A model generated the notes under the pieces. It was not told the DNA's origin. It worked only from the letters and a program-made list of their open reading frames with translations, and made no database searches. From the NCBI GenBank assembly GCA_036172245.1, contig JAYWIR010000023.1, forward strand, positions 1,550,001-1,614,000: a DNA stretch of 64,000 nt, written 5' to 3'. This document shows positions 1 to 14,571 of the stretch, piece by piece. Positions within the stretch are counted from its first letter, which is position 1. Each line of letters opens with the position of its first letter. Position numbers and translations under genes: made by a program. Origin of the DNA: Raillietiella orientalis (lineage: Eukaryota).

Positions 1-2200
1 CCGCTGGTTGGAGTGAAAACCCCAATGCACCAGCATGATGACGTCCTGTTTCCAGTTTAGAGGGAACACAGAAGTGTTTAGGCACGAGGGAGGGACCACG
101 AGTTCTTCGGGGGGCACACTCAAATGCTCACTCCACCGAAGGAGTCCCTTCGGGATGATGCGAGTCGTGGCGGCGTCTGCCAGCTCGCAAGTCCTCCAGC
201 CGCCAATAGGTCGTATTGTTCCTGCGATGGTGCAGGCGACCTCCCATCTCGCCGGATCGCAGCTGTCATCTCTTCCCCTGAGGGCTGACAGCGCATCGGC
301 GAGGGGCGTGACGGCCAGGCGAGTCCACTTCTCCTGGCTGTTGCACACCTCGTCCACCGTGCAATACGGGGACAGGTGAGCGCAACGAAGCTCCAGGAGG
401 GAAACATCCTGGTGCTTTGCCCAGGCATGCAACGGTTCCTGCCGCCAGTCTTCAAAGTTCGTTGGGCGGCAGGAGATCCATTCCTGGGCTGCCAGGAGCC
501 GGTAAAGCGGTTCCAAGGGGAAACCGAAGCTTCTCGTGGCGCGCTCGTTATGCGGCCGGAGCGACAGAAGTCCATCGCTGACGGTGCAGCGCCGCAGGAG
601 CAGGCGCGCGGGAGCGCACCACGGAGTGGAACAAGGTTGGCGCACAGGGCCAACATTCGAAGCTGCACCTGCATCTCGATTCTTCCCAGCGTCAGAATGC
701 CTAAGCCGGCATCCCGACGCGGAGCCGCCAAGTCTTTGAGGCGGATCCTGGACCTCGCAGGTCCCCACAGAGAGTTCCTCAACAGGCTGTGCGCCTGGAG
801 CTTGGCCGAGTAGGGGGGCAGGCAAACAAAAAGCAGGGGGCGCAAGAGGGGGGCAACGAAGGTGTTGGAACGTGCTGTGTTGGCACTTCCGTGTCCACTC
901 CGCCCGGGAGCAAGGGGACTGCGCGACATGGACAGTAGAAGGGGACGAGCGAGGATTTGTTCCTTTTCTTCCTCTCCTCCTCCTTCGCCCGCTGCGTTCC
1001 TCCTCTGCAGCAAGGGCTGCCAAAGGCATCTCTGACCTCTGGGTGCAACGACCGCCTAGACCTCCGCAGCATGCGAAGAGCAGGGTGGGAGTGGAGGGAG
1101 CGCAACTCGCTTCGCCCGACTTTTTTTGCTCTGAAGGATGCCTAGGAGGTTCCGGATGCCGATGCCTCTGGAAAGCGGCACCAGAGGGAAACGGCAGACA
1201 GAGGGCTGGAGGGCGCTTAGAAGCTACTGGCGAGCGGGGCGTGGGGCGAAACGCAGGTTGAAGGAGGAGCGACGAGCATCTCACCCACCTGGATCCCTCC
1301 ATTCCCTGAGGCGGGCAGGCAGTGGATTCCCTGGAATTAGCAGAGGGGATCAGTGTGTGGGGAGAGAATTGCAGGGGGGGACGAGAAGAAAAGGGAGAAG
1401 GGGGTGAGGGTGAATTCCACAGCCCATTCTCTACCGCGACTGTTCTTGAGGGTGCCCACGATCTCGGCGTACTCTCTCTGCCTTGGTCGGACTCGCCGCC
1501 AAGCCTGCCCGCGCTCAGGTTCAACTCTGAGTGCACGACCTTCTCGTCCCAGATGAGCCTCCAGGTCTTCGCCAACGCCGGAAAGGGAGCATGCCTTCCT
1601 GTCAGCTCGAAAAGGGGGTATTCGCAGTCATAGTGACTGCGATCGCCGCTGCCGCCTGCCTCTCTTTATTAAGAGACCTTGCGGAAGATGACGCAGATGC
1701 CTCCTAAGGCGCCTCTTCGGTTTCGCTTTGCCACCTTCGGAGCATCCGTTGTCAGGGAGCGGACGGCGCGGAGATAGCACGTGGTCGATCAGGTTCCTCT
1801 TACCATGGCCTGGTCTCCCCTCCCTTCTTCATCGAGGTTCCCCAGCGGGAGCTTGAGATGTGGTCACCCCTCTTCCTGGTTCCCTGCGGGAGCATCACAG
1901 AGATCGGCGGCGCTCAGAATTCACCAAAAAGGGCACCAGGAGCAGCGGCACGACGACGGCGATGACTATCCCTACGGCGGCTCCTTCGGGCAGACCCGAC
2001 CTCCGACATGCTCAGGACGAGCCTGAACGCTGGAGGACTGCAAAGCTCTGTCGCCAGGAGGCTCTTCCGGACAAGAGTTCACAGGAGTCCCTTCCTCTTG
2101 GAGCGAGGATGCTCCTAGAGAGGTCACCCTTTTCATCCTCTCACGTTCACGTGAAATTCAGCTCCTGACCGTTCTATTAAGCACGCAGGCGGTTTGTGGC
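1..2200 (-). mobile_element. Decayed L1/Tx1-like LINE ORF2 relic (RT, thumb, start of C-terminal region; runs off window start)
   Basis: Minus frames give RSNTFVAPLL...LLRNSLWGPARSRIRLKDLAAPRRDAGLGILTL (thumb GGLG motif) and LNTSVFPLNWKQDVIMLVHWGF near 1-80. Both are homologous to the copies at 10620, 48860 and 58930. A degenerate RT motif VENGL..PSPFLL lies near 1400. Many frameshifts. Confidence 0.75.
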
Positions 2201-2499
2201 AGAGACTTTCTTCTGGGACCATTCAGGAGGCTGTTGGCATGTGGCACCGTGCGCGAGGCAGAGAGCCTCCAAGGAGTTGCCTCGTTTCCATAGCAAGCAG
2301 GACGTAAACAGGAAAGCTGTGTCAGCCATCACCACAACCGGGGACGGCGGAAACAATGAACTCGGAAGGGCGAGGAAGGAAACCCAGCAACTTGCATGGG
2401 AGCTGGGAGAAGCCGCAAGTAGAAGGAGCGGGAAAAGAGGAAGTGGATGGTAGGAGGCGAACCAACCAGAGTGCTACGGGTGTGGGGGGGTGCTCCAAG

Positions 2500-5400
2500 T
2501 GTGCACGGGGGAGAGGAAGGTACGGAAGTCAACTGACCTTTGCCACATCACTACAACGGAATCCTGCAACGTGGTCTCAAGAGGGATATGAAGCAAACTG
2601 ATAGTTTCATTCCAATGCTAGGGTACACGAGCAGGGATCCCGCCGCGGAGGATCATTTCCCTTCATCCGTTGCTTAGCACGATCCCATCCTCGCCGAGTA
2701 GTCGGCTCATTCGGGATGAGTTTGCGGATGCCAGATGTCGTTCCGAAAGCCATGGTATTCTCTCTGCCATTGCTGCTTCCGCCTGAATCTGAACGTTCCT
2801 CAACTCCTGTGGTGGACCGGGTTCAAAGGGAGCGCTTGGCGAGCACCACGGTGCACTTGCCGTTCACGGGAGGGTTCCATGAGCGCACAGGAAAAGGTAC
2901 CGGAAGAGCGGGAAAGTCCAGCTCGGGTCAGAACGGACACTTGTGCAAGGGAAAAAGAGAAAATTCGCAGTTGCGGAAGGTGATGCACTTCGCTCAGGGA
3001 TAACGAGGAAGTCACTGCTGTCTTTTCCCAGTCCTCTCCCGCACCTGCAGACTCACATTCGCAGGTTGCTGTGACGGACTGCGGGGAACAAAGGAGAGTG
3101 CAGTGGGAGCATGCAGCATACGGATGCGTTTCATTGATGGGGAGACTGCTTGCTTCTTTCCTACCTAGTCTTTGTAGGCCGTTCTTGCGGTCCACGTTCC
3201 GTCCGGGCATCAGAGAATGCTGAGCTGCGATGCAGAAAGTAGTCTCCCTGTCCCTGAAGAATTCAGCTGACGAACCTGCAGGCAAAGAGAGATGCTGCAT
3301 GGAGAATAAGAGCTGGATGCATGAGTAGCTGAGCACATTACTGGTTATGCTGGGGTTGCCGTGGTGAGTGGCCTTTGATGGGTACCAGATTTCCTCCGTG
3401 AAACCAGGAAGATTGGATGTGGGCCTTTTGGTTGACCATTCTTCAGGTCACGTACAAAGTTATCAGAAGCCCCCCCTACGACCGCCCCTCATTCCCGTTA
3501 CGGTGCACTACGAAGCTCCAGGGCTCCACAACTTCTTCAGCCACGCTTGGAGAGCTCAATCACATATACCTCCCGTTGTTGCGCGCGCGATGCTTTTGTC
3601 CCATCGTTCTTCCTTGGATCAGCTTCTCCCCTGCGATAACGAAAGTCGCTTTCTTGCAGCTTGCATTCCGCTGTTCACTCCGGCACTCGACAATCTTCCA
3701 TCCCCACACAACCCCCATTTCCTCTTCCTCTACAAAGGAATCTGAAAAATACAAGGCATTAAGCATATATATATGTAATTGCATTGCATATAATTATATT
3801 ATAATCTCTCTGTATACATTAATTATATAGGGAGAAATATTTATATTTATTACACATATTATGTTATATATATATTATAATATAATTATACATGTAAGGA
3901 GAGAGCAAAGATGTTGCCATTCGGCCATTTTGAGTCCCCTTTAGAGGTGGCATGCAGGATTTTTATATGTGTACATGGTTGTTTTCCTTCGTACTTTATA
4001 ATGCGGTGTACTTGACACTTCAAGCGGGAATGTGCCTGTAGCCGCTCCAAAGACTTGTTGAGGGAAGGCAGCAGATGATCCCACTGTCTTCCTTTCTGGC
4101 CACCTTGTAGTAACTCCTTCAGTAGAATCAAAGACTTTCGATGGCGTTCGTGGTGCGATACTCTGCATCATATCAGAGACGCAGCAGCCCGTGATTTGCG
4201 CAGAATCCTAAGCCAAGTTTGAACTCAACCACCATCCACCCAAGTTTCAGGGCTAAGAGAGATGGTGATGCACAAATCTGATTCTTCTCGTTCCTGGAAA
4301 TCGGTGTCACTTACAGTTCGGCTCCTTTTCCAGACACATCAAAGAGAAGAATGGAAAGCTGCTCTCCACGGGATCATTAAAGAATGATGAGTGCTCGTTG
4401 AAACTGCGATGGAAACCCGAAGCAGGCTCACGCAAACACCAGCTTGGGCGTGTGTCGAGCAGAAGGACTGCACGCTCTCCATCGGAAAAAAATAACCATG
4501 GAAACGTGCTGGAGGAGCCCATGCATTATCTGCAATTATAAGAAGTGGGAGATCCAAGTGAAATTTTCGAATAATTATGCATGCATTCTGCATGAAATAT
4601 TGTTTATATATTTAGATGGAAGTGATCGTGTGTCTCCAAAGTTTATGGGAGGACACTCTGTCAGTGAGGTCATTTTAGGAAGATTAAACCAAGTATCGTC
4701 TGTCTGGTACGGTTCTCGGAAAATCCCTGGATTTTCGTCTATCCATATGTCCCACTTTCTGATCGTGTCGTATTTTTTAACAAGAGCTCCCTCCTCATCG
4801 TCGGCCACATGACGACAGTCTCGGCAGCGTACGAGACCGCTCTGCCGAAAGGAAACCTCAGAACCATAAAGTGAGCTTGGAAGCCACGAGGATATCTTCT
4901 CTGGAGACAGGGAGATTCTTCAGAGATGTCCCGAATGCCAGATTGGCACCGACGTTGGATAATTTCCCTTTTTTCCGAGTTCCTTTGATGCTCCGCTTCT
5001 GGATGTCAGCATGCCCAGGGAATACGGACGTTCGCGTTGAGCGATTTCACTCGGTCCCCATGTGCTCATTTGAATCTTCGGTGAAAGAGCTTGACCATGA
5101 ATGATCCGGCTTCATGCCACTGACCAACGGCATAGAAATGCCACAGGAGCGTTTGAAAAAGAAAAAAGTTTATATGATTCCTTCCTTTGTTTTTCGATTT
5201 TTCAGAAAGTTCCGGAAAAGCATCTCCATAGAAAGTTCATTGAACGTTGTTCTTCTCCCTATTTTTTGTCTGCAAACCTTTAGAGTACAAAACTGTGATG
5301 TTGAAGAGAATTTTGACAGACCCTCCATTAAGATATAGCGAGAGATTCGGTATCCAAACCTTAATCTTTGGCAGTGCCAGTAGAAGTATCAGCTTCTCTG

Positions 5401-6600
5401 AAAATATTTGATAAGCACAAATATTTCCTGTGTAAATTAATTCATTCATTTTTCAAAGCTGATGGTCTCACGCATGAATTTTTTTTTTTCTTTTTTTTCT
5501 GCAGCAGCACATAGCAAAATAGCGAGCGCTCCATAAAGTAAGTAGAAATGAAGTAGAGAAAAAAATAAGGGTTTCTTGAACCAACGTTTTGTTGGAAATA
5601 TTGGTCCATGCATTTCTGCGAACGTTTCAGAATCCAAGTTGAATGGACGGTTTAGGAAACGGAAGACGTTTAAAGAGGAACAAACAAATCAAGAGTGCTC
5701 CAGTAGTTTCCTCTATTTGTGTATCAGTGAACTACTTTGAGAGGGAGAATGCGCTCGTGCTTCTATCCTACGTCTTCTACAAATGCTGAGCGGAAAGTTT
5801 CAGGAGAGAACTTGAGCAAAGGCAAACCAGAAACCAGAAAATCATCGTCAAAACCAAAAATGGGAAGCAAAGTTTCCACGAAGGCAAAGGTGAGAGTCAG
5901 CCGCTGGCTGTGTGAAACGACCTCTAGGACTCACATTAGGAAAGAATTACAGCCACAAAAAAAAAAGAAAAGATTGCTATGAAGCAAAATTTCGAAAGAA
6001 CGCAAAGACAAGCCATCCAAAAAAGCGTCAGGCTATTCTTCTTCTTCTTCTTTAGGAATCACATTTGGTTTTAATAAATCAATAAACTCCGAGGGAGTTC
6101 AAAATTTAGAGACGTGGTAGATGTGGGCCATCTGCAGGCAGCAACACACCAGACAAGGAAGAAGTTTCGATAGTGCCTTCAACTCGCTGAACTCTTAGAG
6201 TAGTGATCAGTGTGAACTCTCGCAGATGCAAATTCTTGCAAGCTCATGCGAAAAACGAGGTTCAAAAATGCTCTCGGATCCTGCTGGGAGGACTGCAGAT
6301 CTCGAGTCATCTCGTGGAAGGCGATCCGATTACTCGAGCACTCAAGCGCCGAACACGAGATGGCAGACAGATTCAGAAAATTCCTCCCTCTTGGTACACC
6401 CACCCGAAAGGAACATAACAAGGATGCAAAAAATATTTTTATCCAGATAAAATCATTTTTCTTTAAAAAAACAAAACAAAACAAAAGGCATCAGTTCGTA
6501 AAGACATTTCAGCAGTGTCAAAAGAACAAATAACTTATTGCTGCACACATCTCTCACCATCTACAGAAGTGGAATAATTATTCAAGGTTGTATTGTTTTC
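2500..6600 (-). mobile_element. Decayed L1/Tx1-like LINE ORF2 relic with recognisable RT core
   Basis: Motif remnants occur in the expected order on minus: ILLLALPK...NLSLYLNGGSVKIL (5237-5449; lipK...RPISLlN.DyKIl), HVADDEE...WFNLPKM...SKYINNI (4575-4810; YADD, iN..K, KYLG) and RRIRF...LLALK/LGGWWL (about 4250; thumb). Interrupted by an AT-rich insert at about 3745-3895. Confidence 0.62.
3745..3895. repeat. AT-rich low-complexity insert, possibly a fragment of the foldback element family
   Basis: Abrupt switch to near-pure A/T sequence. Motifs such as ATAATCTC and TATAGGGAGAAATAT resemble the internal modules of the elements at 14667 and 38472. Confidence 0.4.
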
Positions 6601-6999
6601 TGTTTTTCTTTTTGATTACGGTAACGAGAAAATCGTCAAAAAGAAAGAAAAAAAAGCCTAGCTGATTAAGACTGGAGCCTTCAAATCATATGGAGGTATT
6701 CGTAAGAATTTCGAATGGCATGGCCTCTAAATCCCTGTCCATCAGTGGCAACCAATGGCGTCTCATGAGATCTCCGTGTAAACAAATACACTACATAAGT
6801 AATGATCGATGTATTCACACAAATTGATTCCATACGATATACGCATTCAATACCATGCGTGCTCATATGAAAGATTTATAGGTGCACGTGCATACAGAGA
6901 GACACAGCATCACATACGCGCATCTATATCCTTGTACAGCGGAATCCTCTCGAAATGTAAACCAACTTTCCCATCAGTGGAGGACGGTGGTACTAATCT

Positions 7000-9900
7000 T
7001 TGGATCTTGGCAGTCAACCGGTACACTTGCTCACGTATCCGTTAACAAAAGATAACCGAATCAAATGCCAGAAATTTCCAATCGTTTTGCAGCTTTTCTC
7101 TTTGCCGTCTTTTTCTTCAGGTTGGATTCGTACACTAAGAGGGGCCATCAAATATCATTCTAAAAACAAACTCATTCTCCCACCCAAGGGTTTCTTCACC
7201 TAGAAGGTTGAAATCCACCAAACATCAATAAACTTCGATTTGAACCGATATTCAAAGGACCATCTAGAGGTCTTCATTAGTGAATTATTAGTGGTCGCCT
7301 GGATCCTTGATCAAGACACACTTTATTAGTAGCGTGAAAGGCTGTGTGGAAGTCTGTGTCTGTATACACGCAAAGTACGCTAGTCGTGCTCAGTATATTC
7401 CGTTAAGCACGTTTCGCAGACCTTTACACGAGCGAGCAATCCATAGATGTGTGTACACGCTGCATTGTATACAGCGCAATCGGAGCGAAAGGGGGAGAGG
7501 GCATCAGTTTCACAGACTAGTCAGCAGGTAAGGATGTCAGATACCAGGCTAATCAACTCGCATTCGGTTCTCCGGGCTGAAAGAACCTCATTACGCAAAT
7601 GCGGACTCTGAGGATGAATCCCATGGGTTACCAGGGAAACAGGATGATGTGTGAGCAAACGACCGGTTTAGCAAGAAACAGGGATGTACGCCACTGCATG
7701 CATTAACAAGAGAAGCAACCGCCATGATTGTTACTGTTCTTGGACAATTCGGCCATCATGGGTACCGACTGATTCAGCACAGCTGGAGGATGCCGGGAGT
7801 CAGCCCGACATCTCTGCAGCGAAAATCGAAAGCGCGCAACGAACGGAGGCTGCTTCCTGTTTAACGAGAGTGCAACTGAAATCACCGGCACTTGCGTGCA
7901 GCTGAAAACCTCCAGAAGGGAAACTGCCTCCTGGATACTCGCATGTTCTACGAGAAGCGTAAATGGTCCTCAAAGAAATCGGAAGAGGATGAAGCGGGAG
8001 TCAAAAAAGATATTTTTAGAAACGAAGTAGCCGGATAAATGGAACCTGTCGTCGCCGACTGACAAAAAAGAGAGTAGCTCGGTTTGAATGTACGCTGCTG
8101 CGAACAAACAGCTGGTTGCAGCACGCTGGAGTCGTCTTTCAGTTTCTGGTTTTCAAGAACCTCTCTTCGGCACCGCGCACCTCTGGAGACCAATTGGCCG
8201 CCTGGGGAATAACGTTCATGACGTTCGAGTCGCACGAACGGCGGGGAGCAGTGCCATCTTGCAGGTGCCATCAACCACTGCTCAGTGTGCTCGACTCACC
8301 TTGCTATCATTCCGAAGCCTCTGACGTGGAGCGGAAGTCAACTCGGCGCCTAAATCCAGAAGAAGCCGTGCGAGTTTCACGGATCCAAAGCTTACCGAAC
8401 CAGCAAAAGAAGGAGCATGGAAAGGAAAGTCAGGCTGTCCTACGAGGATCCTCAAAGAACACGGGGATTTGGTGACGCAACTGCGATTCACGAATGAGGA
8501 GTGAAGGCTGCAGATACTTTCGTGCCCCAACTCTCGTGCGGGTCTGCCGCCATTCGGTTTCCCTCGAGAGCTTATCTGTGAGTCACAAAAACTAAGTTTC
8601 AGCGGCTGCAGTCAGAGAGACTACGAAGCTTCTCTTTCATTGAAGGCGGTTGTAAACACCACCTGATGGAATCGCCCCCTATTGCTGTTTGCTTCCTTTT
8701 ATCACATCAGCAGATCGAAGGGAGCAGTAAGACGAGTATCAAAGAAAATAAGCCTGAAGACATGGTGGCAGCGGTGGTTTTGGCAATCCACCACTCCTTG
8801 AGCTCGAACGCGAAATCAGACGCATTCCTTCAGATGGCAGATGGAATTTCTCTTCTGTTGCGAGTGATCTTTGGATCGCTTCAGATCGCAGCCTGATAGT
8901 TGCCGCTGAAGTCGTTCCCGAGTGCTTCTTTGGTAGCCGTGTCACTAAAACCGTCTGATTTTTTTTCCTTTCCTTTTCTTCTTGAAGCACTGAATGCTTT
9001 CTGCCTCGGATTCAACCCAGCTTCGCCTTAGAGCTGCATTCCACCGAACCCTACTCAGCCGAGCGTCATCTTTAGTTTCCGTAAGCAAAAGATCATGAAT
9101 CTCGAAATTTCCAACATGACCACGCTGTCGTCGCAAAGGCGGCAGCTTTCGGCTCCTTCCTTCACTCCGTGTTTTTCGGCTCTCCCCTGAGGCTCCTTCT
9201 TATGTTTGGCTACAAAACGGACAGCTGGAATTGGTTCTGCCCCTAGGAAGACGGCGGCCTTCCTAAGGCGAGTTGGAATTCCTAACATCCTTTCTGAGAT
9301 CTTTGCTAGTTGCTCCCGATTTCCACGAACTTGCACTAGCCAGTTTCAGGAATTTCCATGTTACATACCTTACGGAAAAAATATCCTAAAAAAATACATT
9401 TTTCCCACAGCTCGTATGGAATGACTGCCTTCCTGGCGCTTCGCAAATTTGCTGCCGCTGCCGTTGTTGACATTTCAGGGAGGAGTTTCTTGGACGCTGG
9501 TTCTGTTGCTGAAGATGAATTCATTCATAGTCATCATGAATTTGTCACTGGATGAACCGCAAGTGGAGTGGACAGAATGCAGCCTGACCTCATTCATCGA
9601 AAGAGTTGCAATTTGTAATGGAGTGATGCGCAATCATCGGAGAGACTGGACGAAATCTTGGAGCGCGAATCCCCATGATCCTCAGCACCACTTAGCTGTG
9701 TCTGAGCTGCAGAGCGACTTCTGTGCAGAGCACGCGATAGCCATGATGGGAACTATTTCAGTCAGTAAACAAAGAGGAAACTTTTGTTTCTGAAAGGAAG
9801 GATCACCTCCCGCAGCAACCTAAATGAATGAAACGATCTCGGCGTCACGAACATCTTCCTGCTGCACTTTCGCTGATCCTGAAAGAAGCATCGGGAAAAG

Positions 9901-10400
9901 AAATCGATTCGAAGCATCGCTAGTTCACGATTCTCACGAGATCGCTGATGAAAGACAGACCTGCCAGAAAGAGCCTTTCCCAAGTCTGCCGACGCAACCG
10001 CCATTTCTTTCACTGTGTTCCTGCCAGCAGGAAAGGTCGACTGTCGTTCAACGAACGCGCGGAAACTCTTTTGAAATGCAACACACAAGAAATCCGTCTT
10101 CATATCCAGAGCATGATTCCAGCTTCCAGTGGCGTTTTCGATGGAGACTTCATTCGTCCTTGCAAGCATGCCAAATAGTGTGTACATTGGATAAATGCTG
10201 TCCAATGTTCTCTTCCTGTATTGACTGCTTACAGTTGGACATGCGTGTGCTCATTCATCTCTTCTTCTGCTTTCCTCAGCAAGAAACTACGGCTTCAGAT
10301 CTTTTCCCTAAGAATCTGTATACAATCTGTATACTACTCTGATGGTTCTCTCCCACAACAGCCCCCTATCCTTCAATCGAAATTCAGAACGTAATAAATC
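7000..10400 (-). mobile_element. Highly decayed LINE ORF2 relic (APE endonuclease and RT remnants)
   Basis: Minus ORF 9762-10205 has SIYPMY..., TDFLCVAF and LRIDFF (resembling APE nvYaP, GDFN and sRIDy). ORF 8282-8530 has FVNRS...LVGQPDFPF (resembling vNG...QG.PlSP). The order matches ORF2. Confidence 0.45.
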
Positions 10401-10619
10401 GATTCGTTATGGATTCCCCTTGTCTTTTTTTGTTCCAATCAGCTAATCCAAGGTTGATACAGAGACTCCTTAAAACCAAAGATCAAGGAATCTGGATGTT
10501 GTCAAGGTGAGAAATTCGACTGCATCAGATTTCTTCTACCCAGAAGCCGTGAATTCTCTGCTCCACGAGTAGCTCCTGTGTCTTTCTCGGCGTCTCACCA
10601 TGTGCTCTCTCAGCTCATC

Positions 10620-12102
10620 AGTTCCCCCACCTCCTCCTTAAGAAATGCCCGATGTTTGTCAAGCTCACCACATTTTCGACTTGCCACAAGAAGCCACGCT
10701 GGAATCCTCCTGAAGTGTTCGTTTGTCTGCTGTGCATTTCAGGGAGGGTCATAACCTGAGGAGATATCAGACATCGGTTTTCTAGACGCACAGGATGATT
10801 AGGAAGGATGATTATACGCACCTGCGTTGAACACAAGGAAGCTGTTCGCGCAAACGTACCCATCATCCGCTTCGGTCCGCAGGTGCAGTTCCGACAACTG
10901 GTATCTATGCCAAATAGTGGACCTCGTCGTGGAGTGCTCTTCAACGCCTCATCCTTCGGCACTGCGTCGACAGCGAAGGACTGCTACCGTTGCTGCGGTG
11001 CTACCAATACAGGATGCAAGGATTTAGTTTCCCACTGAGGCAGTTGGCGTCGATCTTAAAATCCCACCTTTCTATCTCCTGCCGAACCACGAAGTGGAAT
11101 AATTGGAGGCAGGGGACGGTGGGCACCTGGATTCTCACCCTGGAAGTGCCTAAAGAGAAACTTTTTCTTCTGTGAGCTCCCCTTTGCAGCCCGCTCGGAG
11201 ATGGTCCTGCAGGACTGCAATAAGTGTCACGCACCTTGCAGCAGCTCTATCTACCTTGAAGGCAAAAAGTGACAGCAGCCAAGCGGATGCAATGGTGGGA
11301 GCTCCTCTGCGCCTTTCAGGAGTCGAGAAACTCTTGGACGTCTGGAAGACCAGCGGACTGGTGGAAGCGGCCCTCCTCCTTCCCGGGCGAAGGGGTTTCG
11401 TAGGATCGAGCTCCTGAGTGTGCCATTCGAAGAACTGGGGGTTCATCTTTTGCGTCTGGATACTCTAGTGTTTCCCTTGAGGTGGGATTAAGACGTACTG
11501 CTGTTTCTGCACTGGGGTTGCCAATGCAACCAGCGTCGACACCAGGGAGTGGCGTCCCCAGACTGTTCAAGAAATGGGACGATCGAGTCGTTCCCGCACC
11601 TGTTGCTGGACTGCTGCGGTGTCCTCCACGAGCTGTGACGGCGGAGGCTGTGTCTCCAGCAGCCCCGCTTCCTGAGGAAGGACTTGCTGCGGTGATTCTT
11701 CGCGCGCCGAATTCGCAGACTCCCGACAGGCGCCGTGGCTGCCGCGACGCGTTGCATCCGACGCACCATCGTCGCAGCCAGCCGTGCGCCGGAGTCCCGG
11801 GCGTCGCGAAGGGAGGCCACCCGCATGGCAGTCGTCCACATGAGGACGACATCAGGGTGGACTCATCCCGAAGAGGACGTCGGACCGGAGATCGCCGGCA
11901 TCCTGCGCTTGTTCTGAGCAAGAAGGAGCGGCAGCCGCTGCCAAAGGTGCCTGTCCCACTCTCCCTTCCGCTCCGAACCACCCCAGTAACCGACCTGCAT
12001 CTCAGTGAACCCTCCTTAAGAATCTTCTGTTTTTGTTTTATCTGGGAACTGCGTCTCAAACTCTTTTATTTACTTTCAAATAAATGCCCCGGAGTGGCTG
12101 GA
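10620..12102 (+). mobile_element. 5'-truncated L1/Tx1-like LINE 3' fragment (thumb, zinc finger, 3' end)
   Basis: From about 11456: LDTLVFPLRWD*DVLLFLHWGCQCNQRRH...PDCSRNGTIESFPHLLLDC, which aligns with 61060-61220. The C-terminus PEIAGILRLF* resembles KEDLEGILLKM. It ends in a T-rich UTR and AATAAA-tgcc-CCGGAG-tgg-CTGG (12079-12101). Confidence 0.78.
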
Positions 12103-12499
12103 AGAAGGACCATTCTCTCCCGGGGCAAGCTTCAGGAAAGCCGGTGCCTTTCTGTCCAGAAAAGGCACTCGAACCATCGCCAAAGACCCCAAATGCTGGT
12201 TCGTTTCCCATCCTTGCAACGCTCACATGAAGAAGGCTCCAGAAAGCGATAAAGAGAGAACCAGTGTGCTCCATGAGTGCATCCCATGGGGTACACCATA
12301 TTCATCCACCTCGGGTCCATGAACATGGCGAGGAGGGCAAGAGGCAGAGCATGCAGAGGGCTCGAGAGGCATCCGTCCTTTTGACTCCTAAGCCTCAGCG
12401 CGTCCTCACGGTGCCATTTCACCGTCCAGCTTTCAGATCATCTGCAGCCTGCCTTTGAGTTCTTTACGCGCTTCATCTGCCATCAGTGGAGCACCAGAA

Positions 12500-14560
12500 A
12501 AGGCCCCTGGAGAATGTAGGAGTCCCACACGAAGCGATCCCGAAGCGGTCTATGTGGATTTCCGAAGCGGGGGAGTAAAAAATACCCTAAGAAACTAAAT
12601 GGAGGTGTCGTTGGGAGTGCACCTGGACACTGAAGAAAGAGTTGGGTACACAAGTAGGAGGGACCCTCTAAGAGCTATGGCAGCACCCACTCTGGTATGA
12701 GGAGACTCTGGATGTGCTAAAAGATGAGAAAGAGGGTAACGGACTGACGGTGGCGGAATAGAGCAGCGTCTCGCAAGGGGTCGATCACGGGGTCTACTCA
12801 CTAGGGGGTGAGGAGGGGGCTCCCCCTCAAGCGGCTTCTTCAGCGCCGGCTTCCTCTCGCTCGGCTCGACCTCTTCGCTCAAGTAGATGCGCGTGAGGTC
12901 CATTTGAGCAAAAAAAGAAAGGATAAAGTGAATCGAGTTCTCCATCCTGAGCAATCCGGTAACCGACCGAGGCCATGTGAAATCTTCGAGAGTCAGCGCT
13001 ACCCGACAAGACCTCGCACTCTCACTCGGGAAAATGCCTTCAAGAGAATCCAGCACCAGAGCCGAAAGAGGAGACGAAAAAAATGCACCTTTTCCCAGTG
13101 GGTGGAGGAATCTGGTGGACAAGGGTGGAAGAGTTCTTCGAATCCTGGCTGTCCGCTCTTAGAGACGCCAGGTGCTTCCTTGTGCCTTTCGCCGGAGATC
13201 CTCGGAACTGAAGGGAACCTGCTGCTCTCTCTCTCCTTAAGAACTAGAGTGGAGCGAGAGGAATCCTCCGAAACCACATGGGAAAAGGAGGTCAGGGGGG
13301 ATGAGGGAAGGAGCTCCTGTCGCATCCATGGAAACCTAAGATTTCTGTTGGAAAGTTCTTCGCTATTCAACTACACCTCTGGAATCCCTCTGATGCTTGT
13401 CTCCGGAAACGAGCCCCTCGAGATGAGACCGGAAGATGAACTGCCTGGGACTTCTTGTGCAATCACTCCATGTGGCCACCCTCGAGGAAGATGCTGGAAA
13501 TGCTGCAGATGATACGAGTGAGAAACGTGGGAGCGAAGGATCTCCTCCACAGAGGGAATCTGGGAAGATATTTACCCGGGTCATTATCCTCAGCGGCACT
13601 CCCCCACCAACATCCGGAAAATTCCACAGATTTCCAGCAGCATGTGAGGGGAAAGGAATCCTTCAGAAGTTGTATGGCTGGCGTCAGAAGAACCTGAAAA
13701 CAAGATGAAAAGAAATGCCTGTCCATGGAGACGGAGGAGGTCAGGACCTCGGAGGCCCGCTCTGGCGGAAACCAAGCCGTACTTCCTTTCGGCGAAAGCC
13801 GCATCGCAGTCTGCGCTTCTTCCATGACCTTGTCGCACGTGGCAGCGATTTCCGGTCTCCATGTTGAAGCGTTGGGTTCCGGGAGCAGCCCTGTGCTCCA
13901 CACTGCTATTAGGAGAGTGAAAGGAAGGCAGGTGGGCTAGGCACACGCGGCTTCAGTGGTCACCAGGAAACGGTCCCTTGAACCATCTTGGGACCACCGT
14001 CTCCAAGATGTTGATGTTGGCATGCACCGGCGGATGGTGCTTCAAGGGAAAAAGAACGGAAAGTGCACGTGTTGCCGCGGTCCGCTGAATTCCGGGTTTC
14101 CTCAAGGTCAGCAGCGCTCCAGCACTGCGAAGCGCGCCAGAATTTGAACGGTGGGAACCAGGCGACCGTTCCCATGGCGGAGGCGCAGAGAGCAATTTCC
14201 CTGATTGTTCATTGGTTATTCTCGAAACATCCTATTTTTCGCTCTTTGCTCCTCTCGCTGTTTGGCATCGAGACGATCTCCGTGTCCCGTTTCCCGTTTC
14301 CAGGGACTCCCGCAGAGTCGACGGTATCCTGGCGACTGAGTTTCGGGTCGTAGCCCCTTAGCCGACCTTATTCACCAGTCCCAAAGGATCATGTTTTGGC
14401 CTTCCAGGACGAAGTGAATTTCAACACACTTTCCATCTTCCACGGAAGCTGGACCGGAAGACACTTCTAGCGAAACGGCCAAAAGATCATCCCGCTTTCC
14501 TCGGACTACCTCCGCCGTTTTCCTCGACTGTTTCTTGCTGCTCACCGCAGCATCTACCTC
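12500..14560 (-). mobile_element. Probable decayed retroelement fragment (no diagnostic motif resolved)
   Basis: Weak nucleotide resemblance to 46300-47800 and 53100-53900. Short broken frames. Assignment is mainly by context. Confidence 0.25.
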
Positions 14561-14571
14561 CACCGATCAGT

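Noticed and set aside
10990..11260. LINE ORF1 / gag zinc knuckle (DCNKCH)
   Set aside because: It lies between the thumb motif and the LHWG/ESFPHLL block, so it is decayed ORF2 C-terminal sequence rather than ORF1.
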